NCBI GenBank assembly: GCA_964016885.1
Contig: OZ024743.1
Coordinates: 51,522,001-51,586,000 of the forward strand
Length of the DNA stretch: 64,000 nucleotides
Direction of reading: 5' to 3'
Origin: Eledone cirrhosa
Lineage: Eukaryota
A program made the translations under genes and the position numbers. The notes below the pieces were generated by a model. The model was not told the DNA's origin, searched no databases, and saw only the letters and a program-made list of their open reading frames with translations. Shown piece after piece: positions 24,735 through 42,204 of this stretch; positions within the stretch are counted from its first letter, which is position 1, and the number at the start of each line of letters is the position of its first letter.

Positions 24735-26248
24735 ACGCAGGGTGGAGAGGCCTCTTGAGTCCAGTAAGGCAACCTCCCTAGTGCTGGTGACATGAATAAT
24801 ACACCCAGCCCACACTGTAAGGTGGTTGGTGATAGGAATGGCATCCAGCCAGAACAACCCTGCTAAAAAAATTCAAAGCATGACAAATAGGATTCTCACT
24901 AATTGCATATACATGGCTAACACTAGTCATGTTAGTGCTGTGCACGGTAGTGGGGTGGCTAGAGTAGCCAAGTGTGAGAACCCCTTGGCCATCATTATGC
25001 AATCGCACAACCCTTTTCCCTTTCAGATACATAGAACTTCTACCCAAGGAAATAACAACTGGCGAGGTACAAAACTCTGGACTGCCATCCTCAATATTGG
25101 CACCCTGAAAGGTGTAGAAGAATCATTGATAAAATCACTGCAAGCCATGTACAGAGGAGCTGTCAGCAAAGTGAGAGTAGGAAGTGAGTTTAGTGAGCAA
25201 CTCAAGATATAAGTAGGAGTTCATCAGGGTTTAGTTCTCAGCTCACTACTATTCATTATAGTTCTGGCCATAACAGAAGAGTTTAAGACTGGCTGCCCAT
25301 GAGAATTTCTCTATGAAGATTATCTTGTCCTTATAGCCGAATCCCTTAAAGAACTAGAAAATAAGTTCTGACTATGGAAACAGAATTTGAAATTAAAACG
25401 TCTGAAAGTAAACTTAGCCAAAACTAAAGAAGATAGGACCCTGATTCCTTCTAGGAAGTGACCCTGCTCAATATGTAGAAAGGGGGTAGGCATAAACTCT
25501 ATTCAATGTACACAATGTAAATCTTGGGTGCATAAGATGTAGTGTGATAACAGGTAGACTAATAAAAGTGAAGACTTTCTATGTAGATGCTCTGGGATAA
25601 CTAAGGGGAAGAGAGCCAGTGATGTAAACCTATTCCAGTCACGGAAAAAGCCAAGAGAGGTGGTAGATAGCTTCTGCTATTTAGGTGATGTAATTAGCAA
25701 CAGAGGAGAGTGCTCTGAGAGCATAATAGCTAGAATAAGGATAGGATGGAAAAACGTTTAGAGAGCTACTCCCACTGCTGACTACAAAAGGTTTCCCCTC
25801 GTGTACAAAAGGACAACTGTAGATGCTTATGTGTGAAGTGCGATGCTGCATGATAGTGAAACATGGACTGAAACTGCAGTGAAACAACCATGCTCTGTTG
25901 GATGCGCAATGTAACTGTGAGAGAAAGGCAGACTTTTGACGAGTTGAGGGAGAAGATGGGTTTAAGGGAAATCAGAGAGGGTGTGCAGGAGAGAAGACTG
26001 TTTTAGTATGGACATATGCTGCATATGGACAATGATAACTGGGTGAAGAAGTGCCAGGAACTGCCAGTGGAAGGAAGCTGCAGTAGAGGTAGACCAAGAA
26101 AGACCTGGGTTGAGGTTGTGAGAGCTGACCTCAAATCACTGAGACTGGCTGAGGAGATGACAAAGGAAGAGATGTCATGCTGAAAAGGACATGTCCAACC
26201 CATGCAAGCATGGAAAAACAGACGTAAAAATGACAATGATGATGATGA
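24735..26248 (+). mobile_element. Internally deleted, degenerate RTE-A LINE
   Basis: 5' UTR module, then EN start 'ILNIGTLKG' fused directly to RT 'VEESLIKSLQAMYRG', then RT C-terminus and (TGA)n tail. Confidence 0.85.
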
Positions 26249-26719
26249 GTTCAATACCTTAACCACTAGGCCATGCAGACTATGACACCCTATCCAACCC
26301 ATGCCAGCATCGAAAGCAGACATAAGCAGATTATGATGATAATCTGAAATGAAATATTAGTTTTAGTTTGATACAAGGTGCAATGAAAGAAATATTTGCA
26401 TAGGTTTATATTTTTATTATCAATAAAAAGACAACACTAGAAATAACCTGTTTGTCAGCCATATTTGTTTGCTCTCAAGTTTGGTTTTTAATATTGCTGC
26501 CAATGGCTGTTGTTTGCATTTTATGGCATTGAAATAATTCAATGGAATATGCCAGATACATCAAGCAATGGTTAACAGAGCTTTGCCCACATTTTAAAGG
26601 CTTCTTAATCCACTACCATCAACTGGATAGATGAAAGACAAAGCATGTATATGTTTGTCTATATATATATATGTATATTTATGTACACACACGCATATAC
26701 ACAGTTTGGCACATATATA

Positions 26720-27150
26720 AGGTACAATAATCACTCAATGTGGCCACCACCTTCTCCAGGTGGGACCGCAAGTTGGAGCAGTCCTTGCCGATGGCATCCC
26801 TAATGGTTGCCTTGAGAGCCCTCTTAGTGTTGTCGGACCTGCTGTTCACCTCCCTCCGCCCCTCACAAAATGGTTGAGAGGATTACAGTCTGATGATGAG
26901 GCAGGGTCATAAGTTGGGTGACTAGTGTAAAGCACATTGGTAATGCTGGGCCTTAGTGGTCCTGGCCTTGTGGGTGAAGGCAGAGCCCTGTTGAAAGGTG
27001 TAAGGCCTCCTATTAGCCAGCCTGTTCACTCAAGGCTTGTCCAGGAGCCTCACATAACTGTTGGCACCAAGGCAGAAGCTATCAGGGATGAAGACAGATT
27101 CCATGACATCCCCCTTGCTGCCAACGGCACCATGATATGGGCTGGATACG
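26720..27150 (-). mobile_element. Old mariner/maT-like transposase fragment
   Basis: Remnants '...SSDCNPL', 'VGSKGDVM' and 'NSYVRLL', resembling the C-terminus of the 10273 transposase. Confidence 0.6.
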
Positions 27151-27562
27151 GGAGAGTTTGGGGAGAGAGAGAAAAGGTTGGAACATTGGAGTTTTGAAAA
27201 AAAAAAAAATTTAAGAAAGCTGGGTGAGGTAGGTGAGTAATCCGGCATTCTGGGGTGAGGGCTAAGGTGGAGAGTCTAGGTGTGTTATGGGTGTTGTGTG
27301 TGTGAAGATGGAGTGCATGTCATGGGTTTGCATTATTGATTCTGTGTATGTGGTTTGTGTATCAGTAATGGAAGTGCATGTGTGTGTATGTTTTTGTATG
27401 AATGTGTGTGGGTGTATGTATCTTTATGTACGAGTATATGTGTGTATATATACATGTGTGTGGAGATGACGAAGGACTGTGACAAATGGAGAGATGCTGT
27501 ACTGAATAGGACCTGTCCCACCCTTGCAAGCAGGGAAAAGCAGACGTAAAATGATGATGATG

Positions 27563-28014
27563 ATACATTATAAAGAAAGAAGAAATATTAGACATAAATA
27601 AATACCCATTTTTTCTTCAAATTCCCGACTGTACAAGGGATTTAGCTCCATTTCTTGACCACTGTATCATGTGATAGGGTCTCTTTCCGCCTTTTCGAGA
27701 TTCTTTTGCGCGATGCAGACCTGTTTTTAAATTTTTCCATGAGGTATTCCCTTGACAAGTCGGCAAACCTCACAAAAATGTTACATCTCTATGATATAGG
27801 ATTTTTGCATAGTAGCCACGAAACTGTACAGTTGGGAATTTGAAGAAAAAAATGGGTATTTATTTATGTCTAATATTTATTCTTTCTTTATAATAGCTCT
27901 GATATGAGTCAATTTAATTATTCCGATTATCTTGTCTCTCATAGTCATAGAGCAACACTGGTTAAGGTTGACAACACACAATCTCGCATATATCTGTGTA
28001 CCTCTCATTATTGT
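27563..28014 (+). mobile_element. ORF-less inverted-repeat element with hammerhead (Penelope/retrozyme-like), copy 2
   Basis: IR arms 27567-27635 / 27825-27894. Homologous to 41749-42446, including the 3' tail. Confidence 0.75.
27746..27839 (+). ncRNA. Type-I hammerhead ribozyme motif, U3-A8 core variant
   Basis: Stem I ATTCCC/GGGAAT, core TTGACAA, stem II GTCGGC...GCCAC, then GAAAC-TGTACA-GTT. The inverted arm has GTC at the cleavage triplet. Confidence 0.7.
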
Positions 28015-28025
28015 ATATATATATA

Positions 28026-28213
28026 GGGCGGTGGATTGGCAGTATCGGTAGAGAGTCGGACGCCATGCTTTCCAGCATAGTTACGTCCCTTTACGGTCTG
28101 AGTTCAAATCCCGTCGAGGTTAACTTTGCCTTTCATCCTTACGGAGTCGATAAAATAAAGTACCAGTAATGTACTGGGTAATTGCTGGCCTTGTGCCTAA
28201 AGTAGAAACAATT

Positions 28214-28215
<2 letters not shown>
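28026..28215 (+). mobile_element. tRNA-headed Nin/Deu-domain SINE
   Basis: GAGTTCAAATCCC B-box and GCCTTTCATCCTTACGGAGTCGATAAAATAAAGTACCAG core. Confidence 0.85.
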
Positions 28216-28271
<56 letters not shown>

Positions 28272-28389
28272 GTGTGTGTGTATGGCTGTGTCACCAAAAT
28301 TATTTTCTAAACAAATTTTAATATACTGATTATATGAGTGTGTGTGTATAGCTGTGTGTATGTCATGTGACCTAGCAGTTCAACAAACC

Positions 28390-29475
28390 AGATATAGATA
28401 AAAGGCACAGATCTTTATGGCTGTGGCTATGACATGAGGACTGAGGCAGGAGTAAAGCTCCTAGAACTCTGTGATGTGAATGAACTCACCATTTACAACA
28501 CCTAATTTCAGGAAACCAGGTAGCCACCAGGTTACTTAGCAATCAGGTGAACACAGAATCCAGATTGACTTTTTCTTTGTTAAATAAATGGGATAAGCAT
28601 ATGATTATGAATGGTAAGAACTTGCCTGGGGAAGAATGCTCCACATGTCATAAGTTATTAGTAACATTAGAATAAGATGGAACAAAAGACACAAGAGAAT
28701 ATAGAGAAGATAATGGAAGCTAAAGGGCTTCTCTGTAAAATGTAGGTTCAGAAAAGCTGTACAGTATGACAAGAGAGAGGAGGAGTTAGACACAAACAAC
28801 ATAGAGAATAATTGGAAGTTTGTACAACACAACCTACTGCAGGCTGACGTAACAAAGCACCAGACAGTGACCTGGTGGTGGAGCAGCACTGGATAGAAGA
28901 AAAGAAACACAGAAAGATTGCAACAATAGGAGCAGCAAAATACCAGTACCAGGTTACTAAAAAAGAAACCAGATGACTGGTACAGTTAGCATTCAAAGAA
29001 GCTGAAAACAAGAGACTTGTTAATGTATTGAGACATGAGGATCAGAGATGTGAGGTCTTTCAAATTACTGAGCAGTGCATCTGAAAACTAGCACATTGCT
29101 GGGGAGAAAAGGGTTTGAAATGACATTGGTACACTTAGCATCACTGACACGGAAAAGAAAGAGGGACCAGATATCAAAATTAACAAAGAAGCAATCAAGT
29201 TAATGTAAATGGTAAAGCTACTGGTCCATCAAGGATAGTTGCTGGGATGCTGAAATCTTCTGGGGAAATAGGAGTCAACCTATTGATTATAATGACCAGC
29301 ATTGTAGTATATTCATTAATTGTAACAAGGGAAAAGGTGATGCGCTAGAAAGGAGCAACCTCAGAGGCATTTAACTGATGGATCAAGTTATCAAAGTGAC
29401 AGTTTTAGTACAACTAATTGGGGAAAGAGTGAAATTAGATGAGATACACTTTGGTTTTGTCCAGGGAAGAACACT
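28390..29475 (+). mobile_element. Degenerate RTE-A middle fragment (EN end to RT start)
   Basis: Colinear with 35750-37010; many indels. Confidence 0.75.
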
Positions 29476-29577
29476 ATATATACTCTTCTTAGCTAGGAAC
29501 TTCTCTTGTAGTTGTCTTTCTAAGTGTTAGCCACTATATCTAGCTTTCATGGACCTTGAGGCCTTCGACAGAGTACT

Positions 29578-30262
29578 ATGAAGGGCAAATTGTGTGATAT
29601 GTGTATACGAACAGCAAAGTTGCATGGTAGTGAGACCTGGGCATTCTCTGCAGAGGACCTACAAAGATTGGAAAGAAATGAAGCTTGCATGCTTCGATGG
29701 ATGTGTAATAGTAATTTACAACAGCAAAGTGTCAAACTGAGAGAGAAACTGGGCATAAGAAGGATCAGATGTAGTGTGCAGGAGAGGAGATTGCACTGGT
29801 ATGGCCATGTCATGCGTGTGCAGGATGACAATTGTATAAAAAGGTGCAGGGTGCTCAAAGTTGATGGAAGCTGTGGAGTAGGAAGACATGGGATGATGGG
29901 ATAAAAGCTGACCTTGGCCAATTGCACCTCACAAAGGTGATGACACAGGATCGAGATCTTTGGCATTATGCAGTAATACAGAAACCCACCTTCCCATGTG
30001 TGCAGGTTGAAGCATACATCTAGCATGCACTACTTTCTCTTATATCCCCTTCCCCCTTCCATACACCACCCACGTCCTTACACCCCACTGCCCCACCCTC
30101 CAGTCCATACTGTAAAGTGGTCATTTTGGTGCCACAACAGAAAGCGCCCAGTCCACACTATAAAGTGGTCTTTGTGGTGTCATGATAAAAAGCGTCCAGC
30201 CCACATTGTAAATTCTTCATTTTCGTCCCACGACAAAAAGCACTCAGCCCACTCTGTAAATA
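29578..30262 (+). mobile_element. RTE-B 3' fragment with partial 3' UTR
   Basis: HGSETWA...RRLHWYGHVMR, then a C-rich tract and AAAAGC.CCCAG..CACACTGTAAA repeats. Confidence 0.85.
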
Positions 30263-30566
30263 CGACACAAAATAACAAATTAGTCTCTGAGGAGGTCGAG
30301 AATGTGTGATGATAGAGCTTTGACAATAAACAAATCAACAACCATCCAGTTATTAAACTAACCAACTGGAAATTTATAATAAATTGAAGTGAAAACCAAC
30401 AGATGCATTTGATTTTATTGGCAGCATTACTCTCTCAAAGTATAACTGTATCTGTTTCAACACGTTTTCAGATAAGAAATCTCACAAAATAAATACAAAA
30501 GCAAAGTGTGTGTATATACATATATATATATATAGAAGCAGTAACACAACAGTTAGTTCACCATAG

Positions 30567-30605
30567 CGAGAACAATTGTTTCACCTTATGTGGATCTTCA
30601 GCTCG
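30567..30605 (-). ncRNA. Minimal type-I hammerhead motif (Penelope-type)
   Basis: Minus strand CGAG-CTGAAGA-TCCACATAAGGT-GAAAC-AATT-GTT-CTCG. Confidence 0.6.
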
Positions 30606-30651
30606 GACTGGTAATGGTTATACGGAATAGGAAGAACAACTGTATGAACGA

Positions 30652-34430
<3,779 letters not shown>

Positions 34431-35041
34431 GTGTATGTGTGTGTATATGTATATCTCAGTGGATGCGACCAGATTTCAACACAGCAACAACTACAACAGC
34501 AGCAACACCAACAACAACAACAGCAACAACACCATCGTCTGTGTTGAATGTGTGTGTATGTATTTGTATATATGCGACAGCAATAACAGCATCAACACCA
34601 TTGTCTGCAGCAACAGCAGCAGTGAAATGGACAACAACAACAGTAACAAACTACAATAACAACTACAGCACCAACAACTGCCACCACCATCACTGACCAT
34701 CCACCACCACCACGCTGATACCATCCACCACCACCACACTGACACCATCCACCACCGCCATTACCAGCGTAAACAAACAATTATTATTGTTATTGTTATT
34801 ATATACAAGCCGAACTGGACTGGGAAAGGTCAACAGTTGACATGATAGTGATTTTGACGATTTTGATTTTGATTTGATTTTGACTTTGATTTTGATTTTG
34901 TATCAGTACTGTCGGTAATATATGTATATATATATATGTTTGTGAGTGGTGTGCGTGATTGTATGCATGAATGAGTGTTGGTATGTGTGGTTTGTGGTTT
35001 GTATGCATGAGTATTAGTGTGTGAGTCGTGTCAATAAGTTT

Positions 35042-35072
<31 letters not shown>

Positions 35073-35075
<3 letters not shown>

Positions 35076-38000
35076 GACCATGCTGTAAAATGGAGGGGTA
35101 GAGAGGGCCCTTGAGTCTAGTAAGACATCCTCTCTAGTGCTGGTGGCACAAATAAAAGCACCCAGTCCATGCTGTAAAGTGGCGCTGGTGTTAGGAAGGG
35201 CATCCAACCAGTGTATCAATGCCAAAAAGCTTATCAGCACAGCAACAAAACAGCATAGAAAATATGAAGACGTCGCATCTCAGAGTTGCAACACTTAATG
35301 TTGGCACTCTCAGAGGTAGGTCTGCTGAAATAGCGGAGATGCTGGAGAGAAGGCAGGTGGATGTGTGCTGCGTGCAAGAGGTGAGATGGAGGGGTGCCTC
35401 TGCGAGACTAGTCGTAGGCAAGCGTCTTAGCTATAAGCTATTCTGGGTAGGTAAGGATGATGGGTTAGGGGGAGTAGGCATTTTCCTGGCTGAGAAATGG
35501 ATCAATAAGACAATAGAGGTAGTTCGAGTTAGTAATCGAATAATTAAGCTTAGATTAGTTGTAGGTAGGAGACTACTGACAATCATCTCGGTCTATGCTC
35601 CCCAAGCAGGCCTAGGCAAAGATGAGAAAGACTGCTTTTATGAGCAACTTTTGCAAACAACCACAATGACAGAGGACGGAGACATCGTTATGCTAGCAGG
35701 AGACTTCAATGGTCATGTTGGACAGCTCCAGGATGGTTACACTGGGGTACATGGTGGGCACGGTTACGGTTCAAGAAATGAAGAAGGAGTGAGACTTCTT
35801 GAATTTTGTGATGCAAGTACATTGACTATTTGCAACACAAACTTCCAGAACCTGCCAATCACCTAATAACCTACAAATCTGGTGAGCACATAAGCCAGAT
35901 TGACTTCCTGCTAGTTAGGCAGCGGGACAGGCAGATAGTGTCTAATACCAAGGCATACCCTGGGGAAGAATGTACCCCACAGCATAGGTTAGTTGTTAGT
36001 GATATCTCAGTAAGCAAGAGATGGAATGAGACATATAGGAAGGTGTGGAGAAGAAAGGTCTGGAAGCTAAAAGACCTTTCACTAAAATTCAAATTTAGGA
36101 AAGCCCTTCAAGATGTATATGACGAAAAGAAGACGATTTAGAGACGTATGACATAGATAATAACTGGAAGTTCTTACGTGACAACTTGCTGAAGGCTACT
36201 GATGAAACCTGTGGCTGGAGCAGAGCTCCAACCAGACAGAGAGTGACCTGGTGGTGGAACAGCAGTGTAGATAAGGCTATTAGAGACAAAAGACTAGCAT
36301 GGAAGGCTTGGAATAAGGGTGGGAGTAGGGAAGAATATACAGCCACTAAGAGAGAAGCTAGACGTCAGGTGTACTTAGCACGCAGGGAGGCAGAGAGTAG
36401 GAGGTTTACCAATGTTCTGCGACGGGAAGATCAGAGGCGTGCGGTGTTCCACATTGCAAGGCAGTGTGTCAATGCAAATCAGGATGTTGTTGGTGATAAA
36501 TGTGTCCGGGATGATGCCGGTGTACTTAGTGTCACGAATGACCAGAAAAAGGAGGCCTGGAAATGTCATTATGAGAGACTGATGAATGTGGAGAACGAAT
36601 GGGAGAGAGAGAAATTACCCTTGGTAGATCCGACAGAGGGACCAGCTATTGAGATTGACGAATATAGGGTCCAAGAGGCGATTAGGGAAATGAAAAATGG
36701 TAAGGCGGCCGGACCATCGGGAATAGTTGCTGAGATGCTGAAGGCATCAGGGGACGTAGGCACTAAACTGGTTGCACGCATAATCAATCAGGCTATATAT
36801 GGTGGTGTCATACCCAAAGACTGGTGCAGCAGTATTCTCATAAATTGCTACAAAGGTAAAGGGGATGCTTTGGAGAGGAGCAATTATAGGGTATAAAACT
36901 GATAGAATCAGGTTATGAAAGTGGCAGAAAGGATTCTAGCACAACTAATTAGAGAAAGGGTCAAACTAGATGAGATGCAGTTTGGTTTTGTGCCTGGGAA
37001 GAGTACAACAGATGCCCTCTTCTTGGTGAGACAAATGCAAGAGAGGTTCTTAGAGAAGAATAAGCCACTATACTTAGTCTTTGTTGACCTAGAGAAGGCC
37101 TTTGATAGGGTACCCGATCTGTCATCTGGTGGTCCCTAAGGAAGCTGGGTGTTGAGGAATGGCTTGTAAGGACAGTGCAAACTTTGTACAGAGGTACTCT
37201 CAGTAAAGTCAGGGTAGGAATGGAGTTTAGTGAGGAATTCCAGATACAAGTAGGAGTACATCAGGGTTCGGTCCTCAGCCCGCTCTTGTTCATTATAGTC
37301 CTCCAAGCCATAACAGAGGAGTTTAAGACTGGCTGTCCATGGGAACTTCTCTATGCTGACGATCTGGCTCTTATGGCAGAATCAGTAGAGGAGCTAGAGA
37401 ATAAATTCCGGCTATGGAAACAGCAGTTGGAAGCAAGAGGACTGAGAGTAAATCTAGCTAAGACAAAAGTGTTGATGAGTAGAAAAGAGGACAAAACCCT
37501 GATTCCGTCAGGGAAATGGCCATGTTCGATATGCAGAAAAGGAACTGGCATAAATTCTATAAAATGCACACAATGTAGGTCCTGGGTACACAAGAGATGT
37601 AGCGGGATAGCAGGCAAACTAACAGGTAGGGAGAAATATGTATGCAGTAGATGTACAGGAAATTAGACAGTAGAAGTCGCACTGATAGACACATTTTTCA
37701 AATGCGAGAGGGCGCTATAGAAGTGGTGGATAGCTTCCGGTACCTAGGAGATCAGATTAGCATGGGAGGAGGGTGTTCCGAGGCCATAGTATCTAGAATA
37801 AGGACGGGTTGGAAGAAGTTTAGGGAGCTGCTTCCTCTGTTGACGAAGAAGGGTTTCTCCCTGCGTACGAAAGGCCGGTTGTATGATGCCTGTGTGAGGA
37901 GCGCGATGCTGCATGGTAGTGAGACATGGGCAGCTACCGCAGAAGATATGCGACGGCTGGAGAGAAATGAGGCAAGCATGCTCCGTTGGATGTGCAGTGT

Positions 38001-38352
38001 AAATGTGCGTGAACGACCCAGCATAAATGTGTTGAGAGAGAAACTGTGTCTGAGAGGGATAGAATGTAGTGTACGGGAGAGGAGACTGAGGTGGTATGGA
38101 CATGTGATGCGCATGGAGGATGACCGATGGGTGAAGAAGTGCCAGGAAATGCCAGTTGAAGGAAGACGTGGTAGAGGTAGACCACGAAAAACATGGGCGG
38201 AGGGTGGTGAGAACAGACCTCAGATCATTGAAGCTCACGGTGGAGATGACGAGGGACCGTGACGAGTGGAGAGATGCTGTGCTGAATAAGACCCGTCCCA
38301 CCCTTGCAAGCAGGGAAAAGCGGACGTAAAATGATGATGATGATGATGATGA
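35073..38352 (+). mobile_element. Near full-length RTE LINE (subfamily A), frameshifted
   Basis: 5' UTR module; APE EN (TLNVGTL, CVQEVRW, VYAPQ, GDFNGHVG, QHRLV); RT (QFGF, FVDLEKAFD, GVHQGSVLSP, YADD); CxxC..HxxC insert; C-terminal RLRWYGH; (TGA)n tail. Confidence 0.95.
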
Positions 38353-38464
38353 TTATATATATATTATATATATTATATATATATATATTATATATATATT
38401 ATATATATATATATTATATATATATATTATATATATATATTATATATATATATTATATATATAT

Positions 38465-38496
<32 letters not shown>

Positions 38497-38522
38497 ATTA
38501 TATATATATATTATATATATAT

Positions 38523-38553
<31 letters not shown>

Positions 38554-38595
38554 ATATATATATATTATATATATATTATATATATATATATATAT

Positions 38596-38628
<33 letters not shown>

Positions 38629-38714
38629 ATATATATATATATTATATATATATATATTATATATATATATTATATATATATTATATATATATTATATATA
38701 TATTATATATATAT

Positions 38715-38748
<34 letters not shown>

Positions 38749-38763
38749 ATATTATATATATAT

Positions 38764-39463
38764 TGGTAGTGAGACCTGGGCGCTGAAGGTGGAAGACTTA
38801 CGTAGATTAGAGAGAAACGAAGCCTGCATGCTCCGATGGATGTGTAACAGTAATATACGTGAACGACAAAGCATAAATGAATTGAGAGAGAGACTGAGCA
38901 TAAGAGGAATCAAATGCTGCGTGCAGGAGAGGCGGTTACGCTGGTATGGACATGTGATGCGTATGAAGGATGACAGCTGCATAAAAAGGTGCAGAGCACT
39001 AGAAGTTGATGGAAACCGCGGAGTGGGGAGACCCAAGATGACTTGGGATGAGGTGATAAAAGCCGACCTTACCCAACTACACCTCTCAAAGTCAATGACA
39101 CACGACCGTGACTTCTGGCGTCACGCAGTAATACAGGGTACCCGACCTCCCATGGGTACATGCTGAAGCATATAAACAATATGCCCCCCCCCACCGCAAG
39201 GTGGTCGTGGAGGTGCCACGGCAAAAAGCACCCAGCCCACACTGTAAAGTGGACGTGTAGGCGCCACGAAAAAGCACCCAGCACTCACTGTAAATGAGGT
39301 TGGTGTTAGGAAGGGCATCCAGCTGTAGAAATCAAGCCAGATCAGTTCCTGTATGAGCAAGGCATGGTCAGCCGACCAGACACTGCCCACAACAGGACAA
39401 CCCGTCTAACCCATGCTAGCGTGGAAGAACGGACGTAAAACGGTGATGATGATGATGATGATG
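38764..39463 (+). mobile_element. 5'-truncated RTE-B with complete 3' UTR
   Basis: GSETWA...GRPKMTWDEV...DFWRHAV, followed by the module and the GGACGTAAAACGG(TGA)n tail. Confidence 0.9.
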
Positions 39464-39525
39464 ATATATTATATATATATATTATATATATATATATTAT
39501 ATATATATATTATATATATATTATA

Positions 39526-39571
<46 letters not shown>

Positions 39572-39683
39572 ATATATATATATTATATATATATATTATA
39601 TATATATATTATATATATATATATTATATATATATATTATATATATATATTATATATATATTATATATATATTATATATATAT

Positions 39684-39718
<35 letters not shown>

Positions 39719-39760
39719 ATATATATATATTATATATATATATATATTATATATATATGT

Positions 39761-39792
<32 letters not shown>

Positions 39793-39977
39793 TATATATA
39801 TTATATATATATATATATAATATATATATTATATATATATATTATATATATATATTATATTTATATATTATATATATATATTATAAACATATTATATATA
39901 TATATTATATATATATATTATATATATATTATATATATATATTATATATATATTATATATATTATATATATATATAA

Positions 39978-40050
<73 letters not shown>

Positions 40051-40177
40051 ATATATATATATATTATATATATATATAATATATATATATTATATATATA
40101 TATATATAATATATATATATTATATATATATATATATATAATATATATATATTATATATATATATATATATATAATA

Positions 40178-40506
<329 letters not shown>

Positions 40507-40530
40507 ATATATATATATATATATTATATA

Positions 40531-40617
<87 letters not shown>

Positions 40618-40675
40618 ATATATATATATATATATTATATATATATATTATATATATATATATATTATATATATA

Positions 40676-40766
<91 letters not shown>

Positions 40767-40819
40767 ATATATATTATATATATATAATATATATATATTA
40801 TATATATATATATAATATA

Positions 40820-40864
<45 letters not shown>

Positions 40865-40878
40865 ATATTATATATATA

Positions 40879-41003
<125 letters not shown>

Positions 41004-41030
41004 ATATATTATATATATATTATATATATA

Positions 41031-41070
<40 letters not shown>

Positions 41071-41099
41071 TATATTATATATATATATATATAATATAT

Positions 41100-41323
<224 letters not shown>

Positions 41324-41530
41324 ATATATATATTATATATATATTATATATATATTATATATATATATATATAATATATATATATTATATATATAATATA
41401 TATATATTATATATATATATAATATATATATATTATATATATATTATATTATATATATATATATATAATATATATATATTATATATATATTATATATATA
41501 TTATATATATATATTATATATAATATATAT

Positions 41531-41607
<77 letters not shown>

Positions 41608-41678
41608 ATATATATTATATATATATATATATATATATTATATATTATATATATATTATATATATATTATATATATAT

Positions 41679-41754
<76 letters not shown>

Positions 41755-41823
41755 TATGAAGAGAGAAGAAACATTTAGATATAATTAGTAATAAAATGTA
41801 TCATACCTAAACTGCTCCTAAAT

Positions 41824-41913
41824 TCCTCGACTACGTAGTTTCGTGGTATAAACAAAAACAATATATCATAAAGATATAGAGTCCTTGCGAGGTCTGCCGA
41901 CTTATCAAGAGGA
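41824..41913 (-). ncRNA. Antisense copy of the U3-A8 hammerhead
   Basis: Reverse complement of 42115-42204 with one stem II substitution. Confidence 0.72.
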
Positions 41914-42114
41914 TAACTCATTTTACTAGTCTCAAGAACGCTTCTACACGACGTGAGAAAGAATCCCAAAAGGCGGAGGGGGAGATAGTCACGCGATATA
42001 ACGGTCGAGAAACAGAGCTAAGCCTCTTATAACCCCGAAGAAAATACCACGGAGGCGGAGGGGGTATTTATATCGAGGCCGTAGACGCGTTCTTGAGACT
42101 AGTAAAATGAGGTA

Positions 42115-42204
42115 TCCTCTTGATAAGTCGGCAGACCTCGCAAGGACTCTATATCTTTATGATATATTGTTTTTGTTTATGCCACGAAACTACGTAGTCG
42201 AGGA
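42115..42204 (+). ncRNA. Type-I hammerhead ribozyme, U3-A8 core variant, GUC cleavage site after 42199
   Basis: TCCTC-TTGATAA-GTCGGCA...TGCCAC-GAAAC-TACGTA-GTC-GAGGA. Confidence 0.78.

Noticed and set aside
35073-35215. HDV-like ribozyme in the RTE 5' UTR
   Set aside because: These are known in some RTEs, but I could not thread the nested double pseudoknot by eye. It needs a descriptor search.
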